Below are positions 20,093 to 32,549 of a DNA stretch of 64,000 nt, piece by piece. The notes under the pieces were generated by a model, which was given only the letters and a program-made list of their open reading frames with translations, was not told where the DNA came from and made no database searches. The stretch covers positions 1-64,000 of the forward strand of contig CAVXKA010000001.1 of NCBI GenBank assembly GCA_963762255.1, given 5' to 3'. This stretch comes from Candidatus Eiseniibacteriota bacterium. GTDB taxonomy: Bacteria; Eisenbacteria; RBG-16-71-46; JABDJR01. The translations under genes and the position numbers were made by a program. The number at the start of each line of letters is the position of its first letter. Position 1 is the stretch's first letter.

Positions 20093-22054
20093 GTGACCCC
20101 GGCCTCCACCCCCACCGGCTCCGCGGCTGCGCCGCGCTCCGCTCGCGACCTGCTGCGCGAGGTCTTCGGCTTCGCCGAGTACCGCGAGGACCAGGAGGAG
20201 ATCGTCGACCATCTCGTGGCCGGCGGCGACGCGTTCGTGCTCATGCCCACCGGCGGCGGCAAGTCGCTGTGCTACCAGCTGCCGGCCATGGTCCGGCCGG
20301 GCACCGGCATCGTCGTCTCGCCGCTCATCTCGCTCATGAAGGACCAGGTCGACGCGCTGCGGGCGGCCGGCGTCAGCGCCGCCGCCTACAACTCGTCGCT
20401 CGAGGCCGGACGAGGCGCGCAGCGTGCTGCGCGCCCTCCACGCCGGCGAGCTCGACCTCCTGTACGTCGCCCCCGAGACGCTCATGACCGACGGCTTCCT
20501 GGAGCGGCTGCACGGCCTGGGCGGACGCGACGCACGACGCCGGCGCGCCCGGCGTCGCCCTGTTCGCCATCGACGAGGCCCACTGCGTCAGCCAGTGGGG
20601 CCACGACTTCCGCCCCGAGTACGTCCAGCTCGGTCAGCTGCGCGGCCTGTTCCCCGACGTGCCGATCATGGCCTGCACGGCCACCGCCGACCCCGAGACG
20701 CGCGACGACGTGCGCGTGCGGCTCGGGCTCGCCGACGCCGCCGTGTACGTCACCGGCTTCGACCGGCCCAACATCCGCTACACCGTCGTCGAGAAGCGCG
20801 AGCCGCTGCACCAGCTGCTGCAGTTCCTCGCCGCCCACGAGGGCGAGTCCGGCATCGTCTACTGCCTCTCGCGCAAGCGCACCGAGGACGTCGCCGACAA
20901 GCTGCGCGCGCACGGGGTGAACGCCGCCGCCTACCACGCCGGCCTGCCGGCGGACGAGCGGCGGCGCGTCCAGGACGCCTTCGCGCGCGACGAGGTCCAC
21001 GTCGTCGTCGCCACCGTCGCCTTCGGCATGGGCATCGACAAGAGCGACGTGCGCTTCGTCGTCCACCACGACCTCCCCAAGACCGTCGAGAGCTACTACC
21101 AGGAGACCGGCCGCTCCGGCCGCGACGGCCTGCCGGCCGAGGCTCTGCTGCTCTTCGGCCTCGGCGACGCCGCCGTCGTGCGCAGCCTCATCGAGGGCGG
21201 CGGCCGCGGAGGCCCGAACGGCGACGAGGAGTTCGAGCGCGACCCGGAGCGCGTGCGCATCGAGATCCACAAGCTCAACGCGATGGTCGGCTACGCCGAC
21301 GGCCTCAGCTGCCGGCGCGAGGCGCTCCTCGGCTACTTCGGCGAGCCCTACCCGGCGCCGTGCGGCAACTGCGACATCTGCCTCGAGCCGCCGGAGACCT
21401 TCGACGCCACCGAGCAGGCGCGCATGGCGCTCAGCTGCGTGTACCGGCTGTGGGAGCGCGACGGGTTCGGCTACGGCGTCGGCTACGTCATCGACGTCCT
21501 GCGCGGCTCAGAGAACGAGAAGATCCTGAGCCGCGGCCACGACGGGCTCAGCACCTACGGCATCGGCGCCGAGCTCAGCCGCGACCACTGGCAGAGCCTC
21601 ATCCGCCAGCTCATCCACCGCGGCTACCTCGTCCAGGACATCGCGCGGTTCTCGGCGCTGCGGCTCACGGAGGCGGCGCGGCCGCTCCTGCGCGGCGACG
21701 AGACGCTCGTCATGGCCAAGCCGAGGGTCCGCGTGCCGACCAAGAAGCAGCGGCTGCGCACGGCCCGCGCCGGCCGGGCGGCCGAGCTGGCGGGCATGCC
21801 GGTCGACGAGGCGCTGTTCGACGCGCTGCGCGCGCTGCGCAAGCAGCTCGCCGACGAGCAGAACGTGCCGGCCTACGTGGTCTTCAGCGACGCGACGCTG
21901 GCGGAGATGGCGGCGCGGCGCCCGGCCACCTCACGCCGAGCTGCTCGAGGTCAACGGCGTCGGCCAGACCAAGCTCGAGCGGTACGGCGACGCGTTCCTG
22001 GCGGTGATCGCCGAGCAGGCCTCCGGCGGCTCGGCGCCCGGCACGCTCACCTGA
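20093..22054 (+). CDS. recQ: ATP-dependent DNA helicase RecQ; frameshifted
   Basis: LMPTGGGKSLCYQLP, IDEAHCVSQWGHDFRP, TVAFGMGIDK, CRR..CGNCDIC, HRDC domain VPAYVVFSDATL. Confidence 0.95.
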
Positions 22055-22073
22055 CGGCTCGGGCGCCGCCGCG

Positions 22074-23465
22074 CTAGCGCAGGCCGGCGGCGTGGAACAT
22101 CTCCGGCAGGCTCGCGGCCTTGTAGCCGCGCGCCCGCAGGCCGCTCAGGATCGACGGCAGGGCCTGCGCCGTCTGCGGCGTCAGGTGCATGCACACGATG
22201 GCGCCGGGATGCACGCGCCGAGAGCACCCGCGAGGTGATCACGCCCGCGCCCGGCTGGCTCCAGTCGCGCGGGTCCACGTCCCAGAGGATCACGCGGTAG
22301 AAGCCGATCGCGGCCGACGCCGACGTCGTCGACGGAGTTCATGTCGCCGTAGGGCGGCCGGCAGTACGGCACCGGCGAGTAGCCGGTGGCGCTCCACCAG
22401 GGCGCCGCCGCGCGCGTCCACTCGCTCTGGATCTGGCCCGCGCTCTGGCGCGTCATCATCGAGTGCGTCCAGCCGTGCGTGCCGATCGCGTTGCCGTCCT
22501 GCACCGTCGCGGCGCGCCAGCGACGGGCTCGAGGCGACGTAGGGCCCGAGCGGGAAGAACGTCGCGTGCGCCTTGTAGCGCTTGAGCGTGCCGAGGATGC
22601 TCGCCCAGGCGCTGTTGTCGCCGTCGTCGAAGGTCAGCGCGACCCTGCGGCCGGCGCCGCTGATCCGGTGCCACACGCCGCCGCTCACGGCCCGGAGGTC
22701 CCGGAACGAGCGGCGCTTGGTCACGGTCACGTTGCCGGCCTCGTCGCGGACGGTGAGCTGCACGCGATACACGCCCGGCACGAAGCCCTTGTGGTTGGGG
22801 TAGCGCGGCGTGAGCTCGATGCTCCGCGGGCCGGCGGTCCGCTCGAGGCCCGCCTTGCTCACGGCCGGGTACCCGTACTGGTCGGTGACCTTGTACGAGA
22901 GCTTCACCGGCCCGCTGCGCTCGTCCACGGTGAACCGCAGCGTCACCGGCTCGATGTGGCGGATCACGCCGGGAGACACGCTCTTCCAGGCGAAGTGCGG
23001 CGGCCGCGTGTCGATCTTCACGGTGGCCGTCTTGAACGCTTCCTGGTTGAGCGCGTTGTCGACGGAGTAGAACGTGATCATGTGTTCGCCGTCGTTGGAG
23101 TGGTCCTTGGGAGCCCGCACCACGAGCTGGTCGCCGATCTTCCAGGTGCCGCCGTCCAGCTGGTAGACCGTCGCCGCGACGCCCGACTCAGCGTCCGTCG
23201 CGGTGAACTTCACCGTCGCCGCGTCGTTCCGCCAGCGAGACCCCATCCCGCTCGCGGTGGTCACGGGCGGCGTGACGTCGCCGGGCGATGGCGAGGCAGT
23301 CGGCACGATGGTCGGCAGCACGAGCGGGACGGCCGCGGGCGACGGAGACGAGGAAGGCGCGGCGGGAGCGTCGGTCACACTGGTCGTCACGGTGACGATG
23401 CCGGGAAGGGCGAGACCGACGGCGGCGATGAGGACGAGCAGCTGACGGGACACGGTCCCTCCCAC
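22074..23465 (-). CDS. Secreted polysaccharide deacetylase (NodB/CE4) with N-terminal Ig-like domains; frameshifted
   Basis: VALTFDDG, HATFF, IGTHGWTH, RPPYG, LWDVDPRDW, IVCMH. Confidence 0.85.
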
Positions 23466-23601
23466 GGCGGCGCGGCGCGAGAGGACCCGCGGAGCGCGGA
23501 GACGGTCTGCGTACTACGTCGACGATTCTAGGCCCGTACTTGAACGCCCGCACGCTCCCGGCCGGAAGGGCCGGGCAGTGGGCGCGTGGTAGCCTTGCGT
23601 G

Positions 23602-26028
23602 ATGACCGACCTCTCCCTCTTCGCGACCGTCCCGCGCGGCCTCGAGTCCCTGCTCGCCGGCGAACTGCGCGGACTGGGCGCGGCGCACGTCAAGCAGGTC
23701 CGCGCCGGCGTCGCCTTCGCCGGCTCGCTCGAGACGGCGTACCGCGCCTGCCTGTGGTCGCGGGTCGCCGGCCGCGTCCTGCTGCCGGTGACGAGCGGGA
23801 CGGCCGCCGACGGCGACGAGCTCTACAAGACCGCGCAGTCCGTCGACTGGTCTCGCCACCTCGACGTGGACGACACGCTGGCGGTCGACTTCACCGGCGT
23901 CAACGACAGGATCCGGGACACGCGCTTCGGCGCGGTGCGCATCAAGGACGCGATCGTCGACCAGTTCCGCGCCACCTCGGGCGGCAAGCGGCCGTCGGTC
24001 GACGCGCGTGCGCCGGACGTGCGCGTGAACGCGCACCTGGCCGAGCACGCGCGTGGCCATCTCGATCGACCTCAGCGGCCAGAGCCTGCACCGCCGCGGC
24101 TACCGCGCCGACAAGGTGCAGGTCGAGGCGCCGCTCAAGGAGAACCTGGCCGCCGGACTGCTGCTGTACGCGGCCTGGCCGAGCGAGGCCGCCGCCGGCG
24201 CCAGCCTGCTGGACCCGCTCTGCGGGTCGGGCACGCTGCTCATCGAGGCGGCGCTCATGGCCGCCGACGTCGCACCCGGCCTGCTGCGCGCCGAGGCGGA
24301 GGTCAAGCCGGGCGCCGCGCCGGCGTTCGGCTTCCTGCGCTGGCGACGGCCACGACGCCGACGCTCTGGGACGCGCTGCTGCTCGAGGCGCGCGAGCGGC
24401 GCGGCGCCGGGATCAAGCGGCTCGCGGCGGCGCGCCCCGGCGTCGCCATCCGCGGCTCGGACAGGGACGAGCGCGCCGTGAAGGTCGCGCGCGACTTCGT
24501 GAAGCGCGCCGGGCTGCACGGCCTGGTCGCGATCGAGCCACGCCCAGCTGGAGACGGTCGAGGCGCCCGCGGAGCGCGGCCTGCTCGCCACCAACGCCCC
24601 GTACGGCGAACGGCTCGACGCGGCGGACACCGAGGCCGTCTACCGGCAGCTCGGCGAGCGCCTCCGGGAGGCGTTCCCGCGGTGGAACGCCGTCGTCCTC
24701 GCCGGCGACCAGCGGCAGCTCAAGGCCATCGGCCTCGCGCCGAAGCGCGAGACGGACCTGCGGAACGGCCCGCTCGAGTGCGTGCTCGCCTACTACGAGG
24801 CCGGCGCGGCGCCGACCGGCGCGGCCGCGCCGCGCACCGCCCGCGCCGAGGCGCGCTCGTCCTCGCGCAAGGCGACGCCGCCGGAGGCGACGGCCGTGGA
24901 CGCAGAGACGCCGGCGGCCGGCGGCGCCGGCGGGTGAGCCGCAGGCCCCGCCGGTCCGCGCAGAGCGCTCGGCGGCGGCGCCGAGTACCTGGCCAACCGG
25001 CTGCGCAAGAACCAGCGCCGGCTGGCCAAGCGGCTGCAGCGCGAGGGCATCACCTGCTACCGCCTCTACGACGCCGACCTGCCCGAGTACAACCTCGTCG
25101 TCGACGTGTACGGCGACTGGGTGCACGTGCAGGAGTACGCGGCGCCGCCCGAGATCGACCCGGACAAGGCCAAGCGGCGCCTCGCCGAGGCGGTCGAGGT
25201 CATCGGCGCCGTCCTCGGGGCGCCGCCGCAGCGCGTGGTGCTCAAGGAGCGCCGCCGCCAGCGCGGGCCGGCGCAGTACGAGCGCCGCGGCGACCAGAGC
25301 AAGCTCCTCGCGGTGAGCGAGGACGACCTCACCTACCTCGTCGACCTGAACACCTACCTCGACACCGGCTTCTTCATCGACCAGCGGCTCACGCGGCGGC
25401 TGGTGCGCCGGCTGGCCGGCGGCCGCCGCTTCCTCAACCTCTTCGCGTACACCGGCACGATGACGGTCAACGCCCTCGCCGGAGGGTCGCCGTCGTCGAC
25501 CACCGTGGACCTCTCCGCGACCTACCTGACGTGGGCCGAGCGGAACCTCGCGGCCAACGGCTTCGCGGCCGGGAGCGAGACCTGGTCACCTGGCCCGGCG
25601 AAGCCCGGCACCGCAGACGCAGGGAAGGCGGACGCACCGTCCGCCGGCGCGCCCGCCGGACCGGCGAGGGGCCGCCGCCGCCGCACACCCTCGTGCAGGC
25701 CGACTGCCTGCGCTGGGTCGCCGAGGCGGGCGGGCAGTACGACCTGATCTGGCTGGACCCGCCGACCTTCAGCAACTCCAAGCGGATGGGTCGCGCCACC
25801 TTCGACGTCCAGCGCGACCACGCCGACCTCATCCGCCTCATCGCCCGGCGCCTGCTGGCCCCGGGCGGCATCCTCCTCTTCGCGACGAACCTGCGGAACT
25901 TCCGCCTCGACCACGCCGAGCTCCGTGGCCTCGAACTCAAGGATCTCTCGCGCGCGACCCTCGCCTTCGACTGCGAACGCGGCGCCAACCGCCACCACGT
26001 CTTCCGCATCGAGCAGCCCGCTCGCTGA
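23602..26028 (+). CDS. rlmKL: Bifunctional 23S rRNA methyltransferase RlmKL; frameshifted
   Basis: [76 protein letters not shown]. Confidence 0.92.
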   Translation: MTDLSLFATVPRGLESLLAGELRGLGAAHVKQVRAGVAFAGSLETAYRACLWSRVAGRVLLPVTSGTAADGDELYKTAQSVDWSRHLDVDDTLAVDFTGVNDRIRDTRFGAVRIKDAIVDQFRATSGGKRPSVDARAPDVRVNAHLAEHARGHLDRPQRPEPAPPRLPRRQGAGRGAAQGEPGRRTAAVRGLAERGRRRRQPAGPALRVGHAAHRGGAHGRRRRTRPAARRGGGQAGRRAGVRLPALATATTPTLWDALLLEARERRGAGIKRLAAARPGVAIRGSDRDERAVKVARDFVKRAGLHGLVAIEPRPAGDGRGARGARPARHQRPVRRTARRGGHRGRLPAARRAPPGGVPAVERRRPRRRPAAAQGHRPRAEARDGPAERPARVRARLLRGRRGADRRGRAAHRPRRGALVLAQGDAAGGDGRGRRDAGGRRRRRVSRRPRRSAQSARRRRRVPGQPAAQEPAPAGQAAAARGHHLLPPLRRRPARVQPRRRRVRRLGARAGVRGAARDRPGQGQAAPRRGGRGHRRRPRGAAAARGAQGAPPPARAGAVRAPRRPEQAPRGERGRPHLPRRPEHLPRHRLLHRPAAHAAAGAPAGRRPPLPQPLRVHRHDDGQRPRRRVAVVDHRGPLRDLPDVGRAEPRGQRLRGRERDLVTWPGEARHRRRREGGRTVRRRARRTGEGPPPPHTLVQADCLRWVAEAGGQYDLIWLDPPTFSNSKRMGRATFDVQRDHADLIRLIARRLLAPGGILLFATNLRNFRLDHAELRGLELKDLSRATLAFDCERGANRHHVFRIEQPAR

Positions 26029-26250
26029 CACACCTCGACCGCGGGCGTTCCGCGGCGGATCCCATCGGCCGCGCTCACCCGGCGTCCACCGTCCTGGCTC
26101 CACGGCGCGACGATTGGCCGGGTCGCCCCCCGGGTAGCTAGCGCCTGGCAGCCGGGCAGCACCGATGACGCGGCGAGACGCCAGACCCGCCGCGCCTCCA
26201 CCACCGGGAGTATGAGGAAGATGATGCGCGAACGTACCGACGAACCAACC

Positions 26251-28326
26251 ATGACGACATCCGGCCGGCGGGAGGTGGCTCCCTACGGCTCCTGGCGGTC
26301 CCCGGTGACGGCGACGCTGATGGCCGAGGGCGGCGTGGGCACGATGTGGCCGCAGAGCGCCGGCGAGAGCCTGTACTGGACCGAGCTGCGGCCGCTCGAG
26401 GACGGTCGCTACGTGGTCGTGCGCCGGGCGCCTGACGGCGAGATCGCCGACGTCACGCCGCCCGGCGTGAGCGCCCGCACCCTCGTCCACGAGTACGGGG
26501 GCGGCATGTACGTGGCCTTCACCGGCGCCGGCGGCGGCGAGAGCGTCGTCTTCAGCGACCAGGCCGACCAGCGACTGTACCGGCAGGACCTGCGGCCGGC
26601 CGGCGAAGCCAAGCCGGCCACTGGAGCGCGCCGCGGCCGATCACCCCGGCGCCGCCGGCCGAGCGCGCCCACCGCCACGCCGACGGGCGCGTGACCCCGG
26701 ACGGCCGTCTGCTCGTGACCGTCCGCGAGCGCCACGAGACCGACGGCGAGGTGGTCAACGAGCTCGTCAGCCTGCCCGCCGACGGCTCGGCCGCGCCGCG
26801 CGTGATCGCCTCGGGGCACGACTTCTACGCCGCCCCGAGGCTCAGCCCGGACGGGCGACGCCTGGCCTGGCTGAGCTGGGACCACCCGCGGATGCCGTGG
26901 GACGGCACCGAGCTGTGGACGGCGGAGCTCGCCGGCGACGGCACGGTCGCCGGCGAGCGGCTGGTCGCCGGCGGCCCGCAGGAGTCGATCCTGCAGCCGC
27001 TCTGGAGCCCCGCCGGCGAGCTCTGGTTCGCGAGCGACCGCACCGGCTGGTGGAACCTGTACGCGGTCGAGCTGGGCAGGAGCGGCGAGTCCAGCGACGC
27101 CGGCGCTGGCGCAGGCGGCCTGCCGGAACCGTGCCCGCTGGTCGTCCGCGACGCCGAGTTCGTCAAGGTCCCGTGGGTCTTCGGCCTGCAGCACTACGTG
27201 TTCCTCGCCGACGGGACCCTGGCCGTCAGCTACACGGAGGACGGCCGCGACCACCTCGCCGTCCTCGACCCGGCCGCGCCAGACGCCATCGCGGCGCACG
27301 AGGAGGTGGCGCTCCGCGAGCTCGATTCGGCCTACACCGTCGTCTACTCGCTCGCGCCGCTCGGCGACCGCGTCGGCCTCGTCGGCGCCTTGCACACGGA
27401 GGGCTCACAGGTCGCGGTCATCGATCCCCGCTCCGGCGACAGTGAGGTCGTCCGGCGCGGCCGCCCGGTCCTCATCGACCCGCTGTACATCAGCCGCCCG
27501 GAGGCGATCACGTTCCCGACGGAGGGCGGCCTCAGCGCGCACGCCAACTACTACCCGCCGGCGAACCCCGGATTCGTCGCGCCGGAAGGCGAATTGCCGC
27601 CGCTGCTCGTCAACGTCCACGGCGGCCCGACGTCGGCGCACGAGGCGATGCTCGACCTGGACATCCAGTACTGGACCTCGCGCGGGATCGCCGTGGTCGA
27701 CGTCAACTACGGCGGGTCGACCGGTTACGGCCGCGAGTACCGGGAGCGGCTGCGCGGCGAGTGGGGAGTCGTGGACACCGTCGACTCCATCAACGCCGCG
27801 CGCTACCTCGTCGCTCGCGGCGACGCCGACCCGGCCCGCCTCGGCGTCCGCGGCGGGAGCGCCGGCGGCTACACGACCCTGAACGCGCTCACGCGCTTCG
27901 ACGTCTTCAGCGCCGGCGCCAGCCTGTTCGGCCTCGCCGACCTGGAGACGTTCGCCACCGGCGGCACGCACAAGTTCGAGTCGCAGTACCTCGACAGCCT
28001 GCTCGGGCCCTATCCGGAGCGGCGGGACGTCTACCGCGAGCGCTCGCCGATCCACCACGTCGACGACCTCTCCTGTCCGGTGATCCTGCTCCAGGGGCTT
28101 GAGGACGTGATCGTGCCGCCGGCGCAGGCGGACATCATCGTGGAGGCGCTCCGGCGCAAGGGCCTGCCGTTCGCGTACCTCGGGTTCGAGGGCGAGCAGC
28201 ACGGCTTCCGCAAGGCGGAGAACATCATCCGCGCGCGAGGAAGCGGAGCTGTACTTCTACGGACGCGTCTGGGGGTTCACACCGGCCGACGAGATCGAGC
28301 CGGTCGAGATCGAGAACCTCGAGTAA
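26251..28326 (+). CDS. S9 prolyl oligopeptidase/acylaminoacyl peptidase; frameshifted
   Basis: [54 protein letters not shown]. Confidence 0.92.
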
Positions 28327-28407
28327 GCCGACGGGCGCGACGGCGGGTGATCGAACAGGCGCGACGGCAGGCGGCGGCTCCTCCGCTCTCCGCCGCGCCC
28401 GTCCGCC

Positions 28408-28537
28408 TCACACCGACTTCGGGTTGAGGACGGTCTCCCAGCCGTAGCCGGCCGCCGCCGCGACCTGCTGCAGCGCGGTCCGCACGGCGGCGTAGTCCCA
28501 CTGCTAGCTGTTGTCCTTGCCGAGCGTCGGCGTCAGC
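28408..28537 (-). pseudogene. Probable 3' remnant of a gene with an in-frame TAG
   Basis: Reads LTPTLGKDNS*QWDYAAVRTALQQVAAAAGYGWETVLNPKSV* with host-like codons and no start. Confidence 0.35.
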
Positions 28538-28629
28538 CCGTGACGCCCCGTTTGGCTCCGGGAACAAGCGATGCAGAGGGCGGCGCGAATGGCCGCCCGG
28601 CTACGTCGGCGACCGACGGGGCGGACAGC

Positions 28630-29767
28630 ATGACAGGACACGCACGATTCATCGCGGACGGACTCGTGATCGTCGAAGACGGTGACGGCCGCGGACGTCC
28701 CGGCGCGACGGACACCGTCCGCGAGCCGGACACCGCAGCGACCGGCGCGGTGGAAGACGGCACGCCGCTAGACGCCTATTCTCGCGCCGTCATCCGCGCC
28801 GCCGAGCTGGTCGGGCCATCGGTCGTCAACATCGACGTCAGCCGCCGGCCGGCGCCGCGGGCCCAGCGCAGGCGGCGCGGCAGCCCCGGGGCACCCGGCG
28901 CTCAGGCGCGCACCCCGGGCGCGCCGCCCGAGCCCGGCTTCGCCGGCTCGGGCTCCGGCTTCGTCATCACCAGCGACGGCTTCATCCTGACCAACAGCCA
29001 CGTCGCCCACGGCGCGGACGAGCTCCGGGTGACGCTGGGCGACGGCCGCGAGCTCGCAGCGCAGCTCGTCGGCGACGACCCGGAGACGGACCTCGCCGTC
29101 GTCCGCGTCGACGCGTCCGAGCTGGCACCGGCCCGTCTCGGCGATTCCCGGACGCTCCGGGTCGGCCAGCTGGTGGTCGCCATCGGCAACCCCTACGGCT
29201 TCCAGGCCACGGTCACCGCCGGCGTGGTGAGCGCCCTCGGGCGGTCGCTGCGCGCCGGCGACGGGCGACTCATCGACAACCTCATCCAGACCGACGCGGC
29301 CCTCAACCCCGGCAACTCCGGCGGGCCGCTGGTCACCTCGCACGGCGACGTCATCGGCGTGAACACGGCGATCATCGCGCCGGCACAGGGGCTCTGCTTC
29401 GCCATCGCCATCAGCACGGCGATCTACGTCGCCGGCAAGCTCATCCGCGACGGACACATCACGCGCGGGCGGATCGGCGTGGCCGGGCAGACGACGCCGA
29501 TCCGTCGCCGCGTCGTCCGCTACTTCGACCTGCCGCTCGAGACCGGCGTGCTGGTCGCCGGGGTCGAGCCCGACAGCCCGGCCCAGCGGGCCGGGCTCCT
29601 GCCCGGCGACCTCATCGTCGCCGTCGACGGGGAGCCGCTCCCCGACGTCGACACCTTGCACCGGACGCTTGACGGAGGCCAGGATCGGCCGCCCGATGAC
29701 GCTGCGCGTCGTGCGGCTGACCAGCGTGAAGGAGCTCGAGGTGACGCCGGAGATCGCCGGCGGCTGA
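28630..29767 (+). CDS. HtrA/DegP-like trypsin protease with PDZ, no signal peptide
   Basis: GSGSGF..LTNSHV, DLAV, QTDAALNPGNSGGPL, DSPAQRAGL; frameshift near 29670. Confidence 0.9.
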
Positions 29768-29914
29768 TTCGTCCGAGGAGTGGCCATCGCCCCCGGGCCG
29801 GCGGGCCGAGCCAGGGATGCCGCCCAACCTCGGGCCTGTCTTCGCCAGCCCCGGCTACGCCAACGGCGGGCCGCCGGAGGTGAGCGCGCCCCTCGCGTCG
29901 TATACTCGGACACC

Positions 29915-30587
29915 ATGCGCATCCGCACCATCAGCCTGATCGCGCTCGCCGTCGCCGGCGTGATCGCGGCGATCGCCATCATCGCGGCTCCCGCGTTCGC
30001 CGCGACCTCCGCCCCCAAGCCGCCGGTCGTGAAGAAGTACATCGCCTACGGCGCCGGCCGCAAGGCGCAGATGGCGGACTACTCGCAACGCCACTACGGC
30101 CAGCACACGTACGTGCTCACCAACCCCAAGGCGATCGTCCTCCACCACACGGACGGAGCCGACTGGCAGAGCGCCTGGAACACGTTCGACGCCAACACCG
30201 CATACAACGGCGAGAAGCCCGGCGTCTCGGCGCAGTTCATCATCGACAAGGACGGCACCATCTACCAGCTGATGCCGCTCAGCTACCGCGCCCGCCACTG
30301 CATCGGCATGAACTGGAAGTCGTTCGGCATCGAGTTCGTGCAGGAGAGCGTCGCCGGCCAGCACTGGCCGATGGATGGACCAGCAGATCCTCGCGCGCAC
30401 CAAGCAGGTTAACGCCGGCGTCAAGCTGGTGCGCTGGCTCAAGGCCCGCTTCGGCATCAAGAACGCCGACATCGTCGGTCACGCCACGGCCAACGGTTCG
30501 CGCTTCTTCAAGGACCTCACCGGCATCAAGAACGGCGCCGGCGACTGGTTCGCGCCGGAGGTCAAGCGCTTCCGCGCGCGGCTCTAA
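29915..30587 (+). CDS. Secreted N-acetylmuramoyl-L-alanine amidase (Amidase_2); frameshifted
   Basis: IVLHHT, SAQFIIDKDGTIYQL..ARHC..N..GIE, IVGH. Confidence 0.85.
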
Positions 30588-30713
30588 GCCGCGTCGCGGG
30601 CGCAGCCGCGCGAGTCGCAGCCGCCACAAGAGAGGGGCGGGGCCGTGTCCCGCCACCTCTCGCTCCGGATCGCCGCGTTTGTGTAGACTGGGCGAGCACC
30701 TTGTGGAGGGGTC

Positions 30714-32549
30714 ATGGGTATCCGCCAGTTCGTTCGGCTGTCGCACCTGTTCGCAGCGACGATCGCGGTCGCGCTGCTCGCCACCGCGTTCGCCGCGGTC
30801 GTGGCGAGGCCAGCGCAGGCCGGGACGCCGACCGACCAGAAGCTCGACATCCCGTTCCCGCCCGACGGCAAGTACACGTTCCGCACGTTCGACGAGTCGG
30901 ACGGCAGGATCGTCTTCGGACTGCCGGCAAGCTCTTCATCACCCTTCCAGGTCTTCTCGTGGACGGCCGCCGCCGGTCTGGCGACGCTCAGCGGCGGCGG
31001 CCAGGACGACCCTGCCGTCGACGGAGACGTGGTCGTCTGGGTCGACGGCTCCTCCATCAAGGGAACTGACCTGTCGACAGGCGCCTTGTTCGACCTGGGC
31101 GACGGCGGTTCTCAGAGCCAGCCGGACGTCTCCGGCGACTGGGTGGTCTGGGACCAGGGCTACCACGAGGTACGCGCCCACAACATCGTGACCGGCGAAT
31201 CGCGCGTGCTGTCGTCGACCGCCACCGGCCTCAGGCAATGCCCCCGCATCTGCGGAGACCTCGTGGTCTGGATGGACCAGCGGCTGGGACTGGGCTGGGA
31301 CATCTGGGGTTGCCGGCTCTCCGGAGGCCCGGACTTCCCCATCTGCACCGCCTACGGCGACCAGATGACGCCGGAAACAGACGGCCAGTACGTGGTCTGG
31401 AACGACTGGCGCACGCTGCCCGAGGCTGTCTACGCCCGGGACATGACGACGGACACCGAGTTCGCGGTCGAGCCGGGCGCCGCACCGGCCATGCAGGACG
31501 GGGCCCACATCGGCCGCGGTCTGGTGACGTGGAGCTCCGACGCCTGGGGCGGCAACCCAGCCGGCCTGTACGCCCGTAAGCTGCCCTCGGGCGTGAGCTT
31601 CTTCGTCTGCGAGGGGGGTGACAACGCGGTGCCCGACGGCGACAGGATCTACCACCGGCACGGCACCGATGTCTGGTGCGCGACGCTCACGCCCATCGCC
31701 GGGTCGCTCAGCGTCCACCAGTACTCCGGCACTCCCCGATTCACCTCCGACACGACGGTCGACCTCGACGTCGTCGCCCACTCCGACGAAGGCACGATCA
31801 CCGAGATGGATTTCGGAGGCGGCTGGGAGCCCTTCGCCGCCACCAAGCGGAACGGCCCCCTCGCCGACGGCTGGCATGTCATCACGGCCCAGGTCCGCGA
31901 CGCCGCGGGCAACGAGGCGCAGATCTTGTCGCCGCCCTTCTACGTCGACACCGTGGCTCCCATCACGACCTGGTCACTGACCGTGCCGCGCTCCACCCAG
32001 CCGCTGCCGCCCGGATGGTTCAACACCGACATCGTCCTGCACCTCGGCGTGCTCGACGCGTCCGGCGTGGGCACCGTCTACTCGCAGGTGAACGGCGGCG
32101 TCTGGCTCCGCGGCGGGCCTCTGCGCTTCGACACGCGCGCCGACCACTCCCTGGACGGCTGGTACACCGTGAAGGCGTACAGCAAGGACGCCGCCGGCAA
32201 CCAGGAGCCTACGGCACAGACGATCGAGTTCGGCATCGACACCCTGCCTCCTACGGCCGTCGCCGCGGCTCCCGCCGTGACGCGCCCGGGCCGGCCGGCG
32301 ACGCTTCACTTCACAGTGCGCGATCGCGCGCCGGGGTCTGGTCAGGCGCGAGCGCGAATCGTCGTCTTCGACCGCCGCGGCCGGCGGGTCCTCCGGCTCG
32401 CCGCGGCTCCGGTCGTCGTCGGCGCGCCGGCTACCCGGAGCTTCGTCTGCCACCTGTCGCCGGGACGCTACCGCTATCAGGTCATCGCGATCGACGGGGC
32501 CGGCAACCGCAGCGTCCGGCCGGCCACGGACAGCCTGGTGGTCAGATGA
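30714..32549 (+). CDS. Secreted beta-propeller repeat protein with Ig-like domains and basic C-terminal domain
   Basis: Signal; repeats Q..P.V.GD.VVW.D.R; repeated D.AGN Ig motifs. Confidence 0.8.
   Translation: MGIRQFVRLSHLFAATIAVALLATAFAAVVARPAQAGTPTDQKLDIPFPPDGKYTFRTFDESDGRIVFGLPASSSSPFQVFSWTAAAGLATLSGGGQDDPAVDGDVVVWVDGSSIKGTDLSTGALFDLGDGGSQSQPDVSGDWVVWDQGYHEVRAHNIVTGESRVLSSTATGLRQCPRICGDLVVWMDQRLGLGWDIWGCRLSGGPDFPICTAYGDQMTPETDGQYVVWNDWRTLPEAVYARDMTTDTEFAVEPGAAPAMQDGAHIGRGLVTWSSDAWGGNPAGLYARKLPSGVSFFVCEGGDNAVPDGDRIYHRHGTDVWCATLTPIAGSLSVHQYSGTPRFTSDTTVDLDVVAHSDEGTITEMDFGGGWEPFAATKRNGPLADGWHVITAQVRDAAGNEAQILSPPFYVDTVAPITTWSLTVPRSTQPLPPGWFNTDIVLHLGVLDASGVGTVYSQVNGGVWLRGGPLRFDTRADHSLDGWYTVKAYSKDAAGNQEPTAQTIEFGIDTLPPTAVAAAPAVTRPGRPATLHFTVRDRAPGSGQARARIVVFDRRGRRVLRLAAAPVVVGAPATRSFVCHLSPGRYRYQVIAIDGAGNRSVRPATDSLVVR

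Noticed and set aside
23602-26028. Ala/Pro-rich insertions in RlmKL as inteins or new domains
   Set aside because: Short low-complexity linkers with no intein terminal motifs.
28504-28506. Pyrrolysine readthrough at the TAG
   Set aside because: The fragment has no start, it is not a methyltransferase context and no pyl genes are visible.
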